NCBI GenBank assembly: GCA_037142195.1
Contig: JBAXBA010000007.1
Span: 1-64,000, forward strand
From: Pseudomonadota bacterium
GTDB lineage: Bacteria; Bdellovibrionota_B; Oligoflexia; Oligoflexales; CAIMVM01
Length of the DNA: 64,000 bases
Direction of reading: 5' to 3'
Under the pieces are notes generated by a model. That model ran no database searches and was not told the origin of the DNA. It saw only the letters and a program-made list of their open reading frames with translations. Shown piece by piece: positions 52,032 to 62,419 of this stretch (position 1 is its first letter; every line of letters starts with the position of its first letter). The translations under genes and the position numbers were made by a program.

Positions 52032-54080
52032 TCAAGTTGCAACTTCTTTCATAGCCTCTAAGATCAGCCGAATTAAGTGTTCTTTTGCCATCGGCTTTGG
52101 AACAAACGCCTGTGCCCCTGATTGATAGGCTTTCTTTGAGTCCATTTCTGAAATTCGGTTGGAATGTATGCACAGAAAACTCTTTTTTGGATTCAATGCC
52201 CGATACTTTCTAACAATTTCATATCCATCAGAGCTCTTTAGGCCAAGGTCAATATCAGTAATAACAAGATCATAGTTACTTGTTGCTAACTCTTTGTCTG
52301 CCTCTGTTGAATCAGAAACTTCTTTGACTTCGATCATTTGACTTACGGCACTGCCGAGGTTATCAATGAGATGATTTATGGATGTTCTATATAGGGACTC
52401 ATCGTCAATCAAAAGAATCTTAATGGGTTTATCTCTCTTTAAGAATAGATCAGTTAGTTTTATTAAATCTTCTGAGCTACTTAATGACGGCTTAATCGTC
52501 TCCTGATTCACAGAAAGTCCAGCCATTTTGTCGCAGTACCACTTAGAATTTTGTGGGAGCGATACTTCTTTCTCCGTGGCGGATTCAGCGAGTGGCAATG
52601 TCAGAGTAAATTTCACTCCCACGTTGGGGATAGAACTACATGAAATGTCACCACCATGGGCACGAACGATTTTCCGAGTAATTGCTAACCCTAGTCCTGT
52701 TCCGCTGTCCTTCCCTTTTGTAAAGAAAGCCTCAAAAATGTGCGGCAGATCTTCTTCAGAAATGGAAGATCCAGCATTAAAGAACTCAATTTGAGCATGG
52801 GATTGATTCAAATCAGATTTCAAATCATGATGACTTTGAGTTAGCTCATGGCCCGTAATGAGTATTTTTCCTTTCCAATGCATGGCGTCTGCAGCGTTTG
52901 AAATCAAATTAGTGAAAACGCGAATGACTTTGAAGGCATCTACATTTAAAAGTCTTTTCAGCGAGATTTGATATTCAAGATCAATATCTGAATTAACACC
53001 ATGTGAAAAAACTTGGTTTAAGCTTTGATCTAGCAGAGAACCAAAGTCTACCAGACTTTTGGTGAGTTTTGTATCGGCTCCGACCTCCATAACCTCAGAA
53101 AGCATTACATTCACGGTAGCCATGGCTCGATCAATGTCAGGGCCTAGCCGATTCAGTAAAGTTTGTGACGCCTCAAAACTCTTTGCTGATCGTAGTAATT
53201 TGATCATGATTTGCATCATAGAAAATGGTTTTCTTATGTCATGAGCAAGCATTTGTGTGGTTTTTGAAATTGCTTCGTAGACTTTGAATTTTTCTTGAAG
53301 AAGTATATTCGATTGCAATACGGAAGCGGCGGCCTCAAGTTCGATGAGTTCATAGTAATTTTCAAAATATCTTCTTTTTTTATGAATAAAAATACGTGAG
53401 TGTGACTTGCTTCCAGAGGCTACGAGCTTCATCTGGTTTGTAAGGTCACTAATGGGATAAATAGCTGCGCCAATTATCGAGTATATGAAAAATCCGACCA
53501 GAAAAGCAATTGAGAGGGATCCTATAATAGAGTATTTCTGAATTAGAGCCAACATTTGGTGTGCATTTTTAAAATACACGCCTAGAGAAATGTATCCGCA
53601 AATTCTTTTTTGATTTTCACATTTAATCTCTTTTTTAACCAGAATAATCTCTGAGGGAATAGGCTCGCCTTTCAATTCAATTTTTTCGAACTGCGGTTTG
53701 ATTCTATTTGTATAATTGGCCTTTCTAGCAATTACTGGCAGATCTTCCCATGGTAGCTTTACTTGGCCAATTTCTGGAGAGTCTAGGCCTTTTGTTCCTA
53801 GAACTATTGCGCCATCTGGGTCTGTAATATAGGAGTAGAGTATATTTGGCGATGTTCCAATTAGCTTTTGTCGTTCCTCAAGGTGTAGCCAATTGTTTAC
53901 TTCATAAAAATAGCTCAGGATGCTAGTAGACTTATCCATGCCTTCCATTAAGTCTGTTAGAAGCGTTTCTCTTTGCATTATGAATGCGATTTGACTTATT
54001 CCCATGAATAAGCTGACTGTCAGTAAGAAGGCTACGCCGCCTGAGGCAAGAGCTGTTTTATAGGAGAGCCGCGAACCCAT
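52032..54080 (-). CDS. Hybrid sensor histidine kinase/response regulator
   Basis: Two TM segments, AHDIRKP, NLISNA, GTGLGL, C-terminal REC. Confidence 0.93.
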   Translation of the reverse strand: MGSRLSYKTALASGGVAFLLTVSLFMGISQIAFIMQRETLLTDLMEGMDKSTSILSYFYEVNNWLHLEERQKLIGTSPNILYSYITDPDGAIVLGTKGLDSPEIGQVKLPWEDLPVIARKANYTNRIKPQFEKIELKGEPIPSEIILVKKEIKCENQKRICGYISLGVYFKNAHQMLALIQKYSIIGSLSIAFLVGFFIYSIIGAAIYPISDLTNQMKLVASGSKSHSRIFIHKKRRYFENYYELIELEAAASVLQSNILLQEKFKVYEAISKTTQMLAHDIRKPFSMMQIMIKLLRSAKSFEASQTLLNRLGPDIDRAMATVNVMLSEVMEVGADTKLTKSLVDFGSLLDQSLNQVFSHGVNSDIDLEYQISLKRLLNVDAFKVIRVFTNLISNAADAMHWKGKILITGHELTQSHHDLKSDLNQSHAQIEFFNAGSSISEEDLPHIFEAFFTKGKDSGTGLGLAITRKIVRAHGGDISCSSIPNVGVKFTLTLPLAESATEKEVSLPQNSKWYCDKMAGLSVNQETIKPSLSSSEDLIKLTDLFLKRDKPIKILLIDDESLYRTSINHLIDNLGSAVSQMIEVKEVSDSTEADKELATSNYDLVITDIDLGLKSSDGYEIVRKYRALNPKKSFLCIHSNRISEMDSKKAYQSGAQAFVPKPMAKEHLIRLILEAMKEVAT

Positions 54081-54919
54081 TAATTAGCCTTTAAAGTAAT
54101 ATTGTCGGCAAAAAAAAGACAAGATTTTAGATCGTTTTCTTGACATATTTGGATGGGGCCACCCAAGTGTCGAGGGATAGACTCTTTTCTGCCAAAAATC
54201 ATATAATAGTCAGGCACTTCTGAAGGCAAAAGAGTCTTTGTTTCGAAAATGGTTTCAATGGAAAGTCCCTTTCCAGAAACATTTATTAATTCTTTCAAGC
54301 GTACCTTTGAAAGGTCCATGCGAAATTCGTCGCGGTCATTTAGGTGTTTGCCTGGTGGATGAGCAATTAAAACAAGTGAAGCATTAGTTTTACTTTTAAT
54401 TTCTGAGAGGTTGATTGTCTTTTGCGTGTTTTCATAGCTAAAAGTCACCAAGGGCTTAGTTGGCCCAATGTGAATTGATTTAATATTCCAAACCCAAACT
54501 GCAGAGGTGGTGGAGAACTTTGAGGCAGAGGGGAAAATTGTATGTATTCCCCCCTTTTTTTCAGAGATTTTTTGTTCGTTAAGAATATATGCAAATATTG
54601 GTGTTCCACTTTTAAAATCGGAAAATTTAAATTCAGCGAGATATTTATCTGCTCCTATAATTGTAACTTCGTCGGAATCATTGGGGCGGATTTTTGCAGT
54701 TTTTAATATTTCCTGTAGATTTACTCCAGACCATTTTTGGGGTGGTTGATTTGCATAGACATCGTCGGGATGTTTGGTCTCTATGTGCTCAGTCGTTAGT
54801 TTTGAAAGGTCGATATCCTGATATAGCATTTTTTTATTTTTAAAGTGGCTTACCGTTAGTGATTGCCCGAAAGAGTAGACAGATGAAACAGATACCAGGA
54901 GAAAAAGTGCGAATTTCAT
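54080..54919 (-). CDS. Periplasmic protein with molybdopterin-oxidoreductase-like fold, coupled to the kinase
   Basis: Signal peptide, WSGVNLQEIL...GADKY...GG...IFP...VW pattern; stop overlaps the kinase start. Confidence 0.6.
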   Translation of the reverse strand: MKFALFLLVSVSSVYSFGQSLTVSHFKNKKMLYQDIDLSKLTTEHIETKHPDDVYANQPPQKWSGVNLQEILKTAKIRPNDSDEVTIIGADKYLAEFKFSDFKSGTPIFAYILNEQKISEKKGGIHTIFPSASKFSTTSAVWVWNIKSIHIGPTKPLVTFSYENTQKTINLSEIKSKTNASLVLIAHPPGKHLNDRDEFRMDLSKVRLKELINVSGKGLSIETIFETKTLLPSEVPDYYMIFGRKESIPRHLGGPIQICQENDLKSCLFFADNITLKAN

Positions 54920-55554
54920 ATGACGTATTCCTAATGGAAGTTTGAACTTATAAAAAAAGAGTAAATGCATTGAGCAGATCCTGCTCATTCAACGTCTCTT
55001 GCTTTAAGAGTTTTTGTAGATGCTGGGTAGATCTATTTGACATTTCAACACAGATGCCTTCTATTACTCCCGACTCTCGAATAATTTAGCCCCAACGAGT
55101 TTTTAAAAAAGTTTCCATAGTATGAAGATTGTGTGTCTTTACAATAGACATAGGAAATAGGTAAATCAAGCATGATTTACATTATGCTCACGTTAATTGC
55201 ATGCTCCTATCGCTGCGATCGTGTGTGGTTGAATTCACATTATGAAGTGAAGAATGGCGTTTCAACTAGTGGTGATTTTTTACAAGCTATCTGCCAACCG
55301 GGGGACTTTCAATTAGTCAGGTAGAGTAGGAACCTAGAAATTCCAGAACAAGCAACTCTATTTCGTAAACGAATGCCCTAGAGTCGATTTTTGAACCCAT
55401 GAGATTAACGCTCAGGCTGCGCCTCTCAGGGCTTTCTAGTCCCGTGTTTCAATGACTTCTAATTCTAAAAGTCAGAAGTGTGCCAAAATAGAGAGTAGCC
55501 ATTTCTTAAGCATAAAGAGCTTAGAATGAATCAAATCACCTTCAAGGAATTGTC

Positions 55555-56727
55555 TTAAACAGCCTTTCGTTGGTCTGCCACGGTACGAATGACTCTAACG
55601 ATCTCCTGAACATCGTCATCTGTAGTGCTAGCCCCTAGGCTGATGCGTATAGAGTTTGCGGCTTCAAAGTCAGAAAATCCCATTGATTTTAAAACATGAC
55701 TAGGTTTGGGAGTGCCAGAGCTACAGGCACTACCCGTAGAAACTGCAATTCCAGCGGCATCTAGTTTGAGCATAAGGATTTCACCTTGTATGCCAGACAT
55801 GTGGAAATTTACCGTATTTCTAGTGGAGCATGTGGGGTCACCATGTAGGCTGATACCTGATATGGAACTGAGCTCATCCCAAAGTATCTTCCATAGCCGT
55901 CCTATGCGTGACAGTGCTTCTGAGTTATCTCGGAGGTCATCAGATCGCAATCCGAGGGAAAAAATACCGGGCATATTCTCTGTTCCGGCGCGTCGTCCTC
56001 GTTCTTGTCCCCCGCCAACGATGATGGTACCTAAGCGTACGGACTTCTTCAGATAAAGAGCCGCGATTCCCTTCAAAGCGCCCACTTTGTGACCACTTAC
56101 CACTGCGGAATCAACTCCTGAGGGCCCCATCCAGCGCATGTCAATTTTGCCAAAAGCTTGAACGGCATCGATATGAATATGGCAAATAGGAGACTTTTTT
56201 CTTATCTGGGCGACGATTTCTTGTAAATTTGAGATGACCCCAGTTTCATTATTTACATAAATCAAAGATACAAGAGAGGTTTTATCTGAAATTAATGGTA
56301 GGAGTTGCTTGAGGCAAATTTCACCCGAAGCAAGTAGTGGTGCGACTTCCAAGTGAACTTGATTCCTTTTCTTCAAGAGCTCACATGTCGCAAAGACCGA
56401 GGGATGCTCACCAGCTGAAACTATAAAATGGCTAACGCTCGCCTTAGAAGCTTCCTGGCAATCAGGAAAAAAATGATGACATGCGATACCTTGCAAAATA
56501 AAATTATTAACTTCAGTCGCACCTGACATAAAAATAATTTCAGATGGTTCTGCAGAAAAATGCCAAGCCACTGATTTTCTTGCGGATTCTAATGCAACTT
56601 TTGCCCGTCGACCTTGGTAGTGAATACTCGATGGATTTCCATCTTTCTGTAAAATCAATTCAGTAACTTTTGCTAAATGCTCGGGTGTACAGGGAGCCGT
56701 TGCATTATAGTCGGCATATATCATCAT
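55555..56727 (-). CDS. iscS: Cysteine desulfurase (IscS/NifS type)
   Basis: YADYNAT, GNPSS, NNETG, HIDAVQ, SGHK, STGSACSS. Confidence 0.9.
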   Translation of the reverse strand: MMIYADYNATAPCTPEHLAKVTELILQKDGNPSSIHYQGRRAKVALESARKSVAWHFSAEPSEIIFMSGATEVNNFILQGIACHHFFPDCQEASKASVSHFIVSAGEHPSVFATCELLKKRNQVHLEVAPLLASGEICLKQLLPLISDKTSLVSLIYVNNETGVISNLQEIVAQIRKKSPICHIHIDAVQAFGKIDMRWMGPSGVDSAVVSGHKVGALKGIAALYLKKSVRLGTIIVGGGQERGRRAGTENMPGIFSLGLRSDDLRDNSEALSRIGRLWKILWDELSSISGISLHGDPTCSTRNTVNFHMSGIQGEILMLKLDAAGIAVSTGSACSSGTPKPSHVLKSMGFSDFEAANSIRISLGASTTDDDVQEIVRVIRTVADQRKAV

Positions 56728-59225
56728 GTTTCCTTTGATTTGCCAGGTTGCTGGGTCCATTCGGAAATTCTTTCTGGATGCCAATCTTTAAGAGGAATGC
56801 GGACTTTTTGGGAGGTTTTGATGTACTTTCTAAACACAGGTAAATGGCCTATTTTCATTCCCCCGGTTAGCCCCGCCACTGCCAAGGCATCACTCATTCT
56901 TACCAACGGAACAAAGGACATTTTCTCCAGAACGCTTTCCGGAAGACCATCTAGATCAAACCAATTCGCCGCAGGTAGCATAATTCTATAAACTCCAGCG
57001 CGATGGGCGCCAAGTACTTTCTCTTTTATACCACCCACAGGAAGCACATCGCCTCGCAGCGTGATTTCTCCTGTCATCGCTAAGCCCGTAGGCATAGATT
57101 TATTAAGCAGCAAACTAGTCAAGGCACAAAGTAGTGCTACGCCAGCGCTGGGACCATCTTTAGGAATACCGCCTTCAGGGAAGTGGATATGAAACTTAGA
57201 TTCATCGATTTCAGAGAGACTGATACCTAGTTCGTCGCTATGCGCGCCTAACCATGTCAGCACTGCCGACGCAGACTCCTTCATCACCTCACCGAGCCGT
57301 CCCGTGAGCTTAAGGCCTCCTCCCTTGAAAGGGTGGCGAATCGTCTCTACATACAATATGTCGCCACCGAAAGGGGTATATGCGAGTCCAATGGAAACTC
57401 CTGGGACAAGCTTTTGCACAGGAGCATCGGCCATGACCAGAGGCTTTCCAAGCCATTCAGAAAGATTTTCAGAAGTCAATTCACGCACCATTCCCTTGTT
57501 CTCGAGCAAGTGTCGAACCTGCTTTCTGGCAATGGATGAAATGACTTGCTTTAAAAAGCGCACACCAGCTTCTCTTGTGTAGTATCTTATGATCAGCTTT
57601 AAGATCGGCAATGAAATACGAAGTTGACTACTTTTTAATCCAAAATCTTCACGAATGCTTGGGATAAGATGAGTTTTAGCAATAGACAGTTTCTCTTCTT
57701 CAGAATAACCGCTTAAATTGATAATTTCCATGCGATCTAAAAGTGGAGCAGATAGGTTCTCTAGAGAATTTGCAGTCGCTATAAACGTCACTTTAGAAAG
57801 ATCGTAGGGGACTCCTATATAATGATCCGTAAAGCTGCGATTTTGTTCTGGGTCTAGAACTTCTAAGAGTGCCGAAGACAAATCCCCTCGATGGCTTGTA
57901 CCCACTTTATCAATTTCATCCAACAAGAGAATCGCATTGGCTTGCTTTACTTTTTTGAGCGCTTGAATAATACGACCAGGCATAGCACCAATATAAGTTC
58001 TACGATGCCCTCTGATTTCAGCTTCGTCATGCACTCCGCCTAATGAAATCCTTGTGAATGGCCTAGACATGGCTTCAGATAACGTTTTTACAAGCGATGT
58101 TTTGCCGACTCCAGGAGGACCTACAAAAAGCAAAATCTGTCCAGACTCCTTGGCCTGATGTTTCTTTACAGCCAGATACTCTAAGAGCCTCTCTTTGACA
58201 TCAAAAAGCCCATAGTGGCCTTTGTCCATTATTTTTCTGGCTTCGATCAAGTCAATTTCACCGTCATCCTTTTTGGATTCCCAAGGGATATCGAGGAGCC
58301 ATGAGACATAGTTATAGGAAACCATATATTCTGGTGAGCCGGGAGGCATCATTTCCATGCGGTGAAGTTCTTTTTGCATGGCTTCAAAAGTCTCTGCCGG
58401 GAAGTTACCCAACTCAGAGCGTTGACGCAAATTTCCAATTTCCCCACGGTCGCCTTCGAGATCGCCGAGCTCTCTCTTAATCGCATGCATCTGTTCTTTA
58501 AGAAAGGATCGACGCATGTGGTCATTCATGTCGCCTCTGACTCTCTCGTGAATCGAAAGCGATAAGTCAAGAAGCTCTTTTTCTTTGATGAGTAAAGTGG
58601 TGACTCGGGTTATGAGATCTGCCGGATCTACAATTTCAAGAAGGTCCTGCCTCTCGTCCATCGTCAGCGTTAAGTAGGGTATCAATAGATTTGCTAGAAC
58701 TAGAGGATCATCGGTACTTTGAACTAAAGTTAGGGACTCTTGACTGGCGAGGGGAGAACTTTTGATCAAATCAAAGACTAAAGTTCGAATTAGGCGAATC
58801 GATGCTCGTGTCTCTGGCTGCATTTTGATATCTAGAATCGGCAGCCATTCGATGGAAGCCATCGGGCGAGCTCCTTCAAAGTCGATGGAGAGAACTTTAA
58901 ATCGTCTGCGCCCCTTTAACAGGAGCCCTATCTGGCCATTTGGTAATTTGGTAACACCGGTTATAGTGGCTTCAGTGCCGATGCTGGCTATTCCTGCATC
59001 TGGCTCGAAGGGGTTAGGCCCCGGAAATAAAGGGCCTGTACCTCGCGCTAAAACACCAACGCGAAACTTCCCCGGCTCTGAACTTTGCACATCTTCAATG
59101 CGAATCCCTTCCATGGAAGGGATCGGTAGGGTTTGATTGGGAAAAAGCACCCCTCCTTCGAGAAAAATGACCCCAAGTAGTGTGCCGTCGGTTTCCTTGG
59201 CCATTAGCTTTTCAACTTTCGCCAT
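56724..59225 (-). CDS. lon: ATP-dependent Lon protease
   Basis: GPPGVGKTS, RGHRRTYIGAMPG, PKDGPSAG, GGIKEK. Confidence 0.96.
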   Translation of the reverse strand: MAKVEKLMAKETDGTLLGVIFLEGGVLFPNQTLPIPSMEGIRIEDVQSSEPGKFRVGVLARGTGPLFPGPNPFEPDAGIASIGTEATITGVTKLPNGQIGLLLKGRRRFKVLSIDFEGARPMASIEWLPILDIKMQPETRASIRLIRTLVFDLIKSSPLASQESLTLVQSTDDPLVLANLLIPYLTLTMDERQDLLEIVDPADLITRVTTLLIKEKELLDLSLSIHERVRGDMNDHMRRSFLKEQMHAIKRELGDLEGDRGEIGNLRQRSELGNFPAETFEAMQKELHRMEMMPPGSPEYMVSYNYVSWLLDIPWESKKDDGEIDLIEARKIMDKGHYGLFDVKERLLEYLAVKKHQAKESGQILLFVGPPGVGKTSLVKTLSEAMSRPFTRISLGGVHDEAEIRGHRRTYIGAMPGRIIQALKKVKQANAILLLDEIDKVGTSHRGDLSSALLEVLDPEQNRSFTDHYIGVPYDLSKVTFIATANSLENLSAPLLDRMEIINLSGYSEEEKLSIAKTHLIPSIREDFGLKSSQLRISLPILKLIIRYYTREAGVRFLKQVISSIARKQVRHLLENKGMVRELTSENLSEWLGKPLVMADAPVQKLVPGVSIGLAYTPFGGDILYVETIRHPFKGGGLKLTGRLGEVMKESASAVLTWLGAHSDELGISLSEIDESKFHIHFPEGGIPKDGPSAGVALLCALTSLLLNKSMPTGLAMTGEITLRGDVLPVGGIKEKVLGAHRAGVYRIMLPAANWFDLDGLPESVLEKMSFVPLVRMSDALAVAGLTGGMKIGHLPVFRKYIKTSQKVRIPLKDWHPERISEWTQQPGKSKET

Positions 59226-59623
59226 AGCGTACCTCTTTTTGAGCCGAGAATGGCCTAAGATATACCTATATTAGGCAAATCCCATTGGGTCAAGCAGAGC
59301 ATTTAGCTTGAACCGTAGCGGCCGCCAAAAGGGCAGTTTTAAGACTTCATGGCAACTAAATAGCTATTTGATATTATGAACTTAGAGTAACTCTTGCGAC
59401 AAGTCTGGAAACCAATGCCTAGAATGCAAGCGAAGTATTTTCTGACCAAATCAATCACTGCTTAGAAACGAATCAGGTTGGTGTTGTACCTAAAAAAGAT
59501 CAAAACCCCCTAAAAGTAAGAAAATACGGCCGATAGAGCCTTAAATTTGTTAATTTTCTCAATTTTCAATCATTCAACGACCGTACAGATTGTTTTCGCC
59601 GCTTTCCATGGGAGCGGCCGATG

Positions 59624-60877
59624 CTAGTCTAGATTTTTGAGAACATCATTGAGAACGCGTTTCCTAGCTGCTTTTAGCTGTGAAGATTTGTAGGCCTCAT
59701 GGGAAGCTGCTCGCGAGACGCGTATTTGCCTAGCCGTCTCAGCGTCGAAAATCTGGATTTCAAACGGAAAGAACACCTTAATTTCCTGCTCTTCACCTAT
59801 GACTTGATATTGTTTGATTGCGAGATCTACGACTGCCTCCAGGACTTTCTTCCGATCTTCATCAATGCTTGAATCGTTAGTTTTTAAATAATTTGTTATG
59901 CTTTGAGTCCACTCCGTCAATGGGTCATTGTAACGTAGAAGGTGCCTACATGTTATTTGTATACTTTTGAAATTGGAGCCAGAATGCGGATTCACAGCTT
60001 TGCCTTTGGGTGAAGGTCCATCCGGATCCAGCTTATTGATTTGCTCCACAAAATCCTCTGGAGTCATCAATCCCTTGGCAAGCATATTATCAAGTATTTC
60101 TACCTGCTTTCTAAAGGACGCAAGATCGACAAGGCTATTTCTAGCCCGTTGCGGGTTTGCGTTGGGAAATGAAATGAGATTCATTTGTCGCAGCAATTTA
60201 ATGACCATCATCACTTCTGCGTAGGTTTTGGTTACAATGCGAACGCCTATCAAGTCATAGATATTTTCCGCTACGTTTGCAGGCTTATGAAGTAGTTTTA
60301 AAATTACCGATTCTCGACTTTTTCTCAGCTTCCAGTCTACGTTTTCGAGTTCAACGGCATCGCCTTCCCTTCCCAGCCAAATCTTCCCTTCGCTCGTCCT
60401 AAACAGAGCTTTCTCAAATCGCTCAATAATCTGCTTTCTAGCGACTTCCAGGCTAACAGGACGATGAATACCATCAATATGAGCGATGGTATGCATTAGG
60501 CGTAAAACTGCACAGGACCAGAGTCGTCGACGTTTTGAGCTTGCTTTTCTATCTGATGCCCAGATCAAGAGTTTTAATGGTTCAGTTAAATGAATCAACT
60601 CGTCAGGAGGGCGAATCCCCTGCTGCCATTCTTGACGCATGAGTACTCTCTCTAGAAAAAGAAGGGACTCGACAAAAACCGTATAGATAAATTTTGCATG
60701 CGCCACAATTTCTATGTCATACCCATAGCCTTTGAGAAACTCTTTTGCTTTTGTTTCGGTTTCGATTTCTAAATGGGGTAAGTCTATAGGAGACCTCCCG
60801 CCTAAAAGGACATCCATCATTTCCCAGCGAAATGTCCACCTCTCTACTAACTTTGCCTTATCTCTAAGCTGTTCCAT
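59624..60877 (-). CDS. TIGR04552-like protein (RelA/SpoT-type nucleotidyltransferase fold)
   Basis: KLLHKP...IYDLIGVRIVT, NPHS...IQITCR, FPFEIQI. Confidence 0.75.
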   Translation of the reverse strand: MEQLRDKAKLVERWTFRWEMMDVLLGGRSPIDLPHLEIETETKAKEFLKGYGYDIEIVAHAKFIYTVFVESLLFLERVLMRQEWQQGIRPPDELIHLTEPLKLLIWASDRKASSKRRRLWSCAVLRLMHTIAHIDGIHRPVSLEVARKQIIERFEKALFRTSEGKIWLGREGDAVELENVDWKLRKSRESVILKLLHKPANVAENIYDLIGVRIVTKTYAEVMMVIKLLRQMNLISFPNANPQRARNSLVDLASFRKQVEILDNMLAKGLMTPEDFVEQINKLDPDGPSPKGKAVNPHSGSNFKSIQITCRHLLRYNDPLTEWTQSITNYLKTNDSSIDEDRKKVLEAVVDLAIKQYQVIGEEQEIKVFFPFEIQIFDAETARQIRVSRAASHEAYKSSQLKAARKRVLNDVLKNLD

Positions 60878-60928
60878 CTCAAATTCCCAAATTCATGATA
60901 TGATTAATTTGCTAAAGGGGAGTTGCTC

Positions 60929-61549
60929 ATGGGAATTATACCACTATTGTTCTTAACATTACTTGAATTTGCTATGGCTCCCGCGGCGTTTTCTAATGAA
61001 GCTCCCAAAAAAGACGAGCATGGCAATGCTGGCGAGCATGGCGGAAAAGCTGAAAGTGGCGGCGAAGCTGCTCAGGACTCATATTCCAAGTTAAAGAGCT
61101 TTCCAGGGGGCTATGTTCATAAATGGACGAAGATTCCATCATTAAAAGGGTATGATTTGAGTGGAGGCACGATACTATTAGAGCCAAAACCTGGAAAATT
61201 GACGGTCATCCTATTTATGGCCTCTTGGTGCATTCCTTGTCAAGATATGGTAGCGGAAGTGCGCACACTAGATAAAAAATATACCCCCTACGGAGTCAAT
61301 TTCTATTATGCATTCAGCCATGATATGCAAACTGATGTCAGAGGTTTTGTGCGAGAAAGAAAGATTTCACCTGAGCGAACTTTATCCATTACGGATGAGT
61401 CCATGAAAGATTTCCGTGATCCACTTCTGCCGACCCTATTCCTTGCTGACCGCAAAGGCTGGATTATTGATAGATTTAGCTTTCAAGGCGACTCTCGCCC
61501 AGATTTGTCAAAGTTCAAGGAGAAGCTTCAAAGCATACTTCTATTTTAG
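60929..61549 (+). CDS. TlpA-like thioredoxin-fold protein
   Basis: Signal peptide, FMASWCIPC, PTLFLAD. Confidence 0.85.
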   Translation: MGIIPLLFLTLLEFAMAPAAFSNEAPKKDEHGNAGEHGGKAESGGEAAQDSYSKLKSFPGGYVHKWTKIPSLKGYDLSGGTILLEPKPGKLTVILFMASWCIPCQDMVAEVRTLDKKYTPYGVNFYYAFSHDMQTDVRGFVRERKISPERTLSITDESMKDFRDPLLPTLFLADRKGWIIDRFSFQGDSRPDLSKFKEKLQSILLF

Positions 61550-61568
61550 GTTCTTTGGGCGCTTGATT

Positions 61569-61859
61569 TTACAAAGAAGAGGCGCTCTGTATCATTTCAG
61601 AATGCCATTCCGTTCTAAGCTTCACAAAACCGCCATCTTTGTTGGCTCTCGTTTGATTGATACTTGATCCCAATGGAAGTTTACGTTCTCCTGAAATATC
61701 GACGGCTTCAAAGTCAATTTTGGTGGAAGCGGAGCCTTTTTTAGATTTGATCATCTTCTCTTGAGTGATTATTTTTTTTCTCGAACCTGCTTTAGATGCA
61801 GCAAGAGAGGACTCACTTGCGACAAGTAGTACCATTGCTAAAAAAAAGTAGAGTTTCAT
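61569..61859 (-). CDS. CglF/GltF-like small secreted protein
   Basis: Signal peptide; TKIDFEAVDISGERKLPLG...FVKLR..W..EM..S pattern. Confidence 0.6.
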   Translation of the reverse strand: MKLYFFLAMVLLVASESSLAASKAGSRKKIITQEKMIKSKKGSASTKIDFEAVDISGERKLPLGSSINQTRANKDGGFVKLRTEWHSEMIQSASSL

Positions 61860-61972
61860 ATTCCGCATCTCCCGCATTTGGTTTTTCCTATCGGCAGTTC
61901 TATCCTTTAGCTTTAAGATTGCTTTTAGTAGTCGTAATTTTGGCAAGTTAGCGATTCCAATTCAGCTTTGCG

Positions 61973-62000
61973 ATGTAACAAGGTAAATGTAACAAGGTAA
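61973..62000. repeat. 14-bp tandem direct repeat
   Basis: ATGTAACAAGGTAA x2. Confidence 0.85.
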
Positions 62001-62419
62001 ATTGACGTTAAGTGTCCATCTTTATGGCGATCTTTATCTAAGTTGGCCGATTTCTCAAAAACCCATTCTTTCGATCTGCTAAAGTATGTCCATTTTCAAA
62101 GATTAGACCACTCTATAGAACTCAATCAATTGGAATTCCAAACAAAAGCTGCTCAATTAGCATAGCCACATCGCAAGATGCTGAGGCTTGCGATCTAAGA
62201 ATTTATGAGACTTCAAATGGACTGATTTATATTTCTTGTTTTTTAGGTCTTTGTTTATATTTGTGAGGGAGTATCCCAGATTAGCTTTTTTATTTCTGGG
62301 GTTCAAATTTTGCGATTTATTCAATAGACTCATGAAGTCAATGACTTCGGGAATCAAGGGAAAGTTGCATGCTGTTTCTGATCAATTCATAAAGGGAACG
62401 GACTCTTAAAAATGCTCTT

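Noticed and set aside
59350..59366. GG-N10-GC sigma54-like site on the plus strand
   Set aside because: Poor internal match and no plus-strand gene downstream
62157..62357. 66-aa AT-rich ORF
   Set aside because: No motif or clear RBS; likely intergenic
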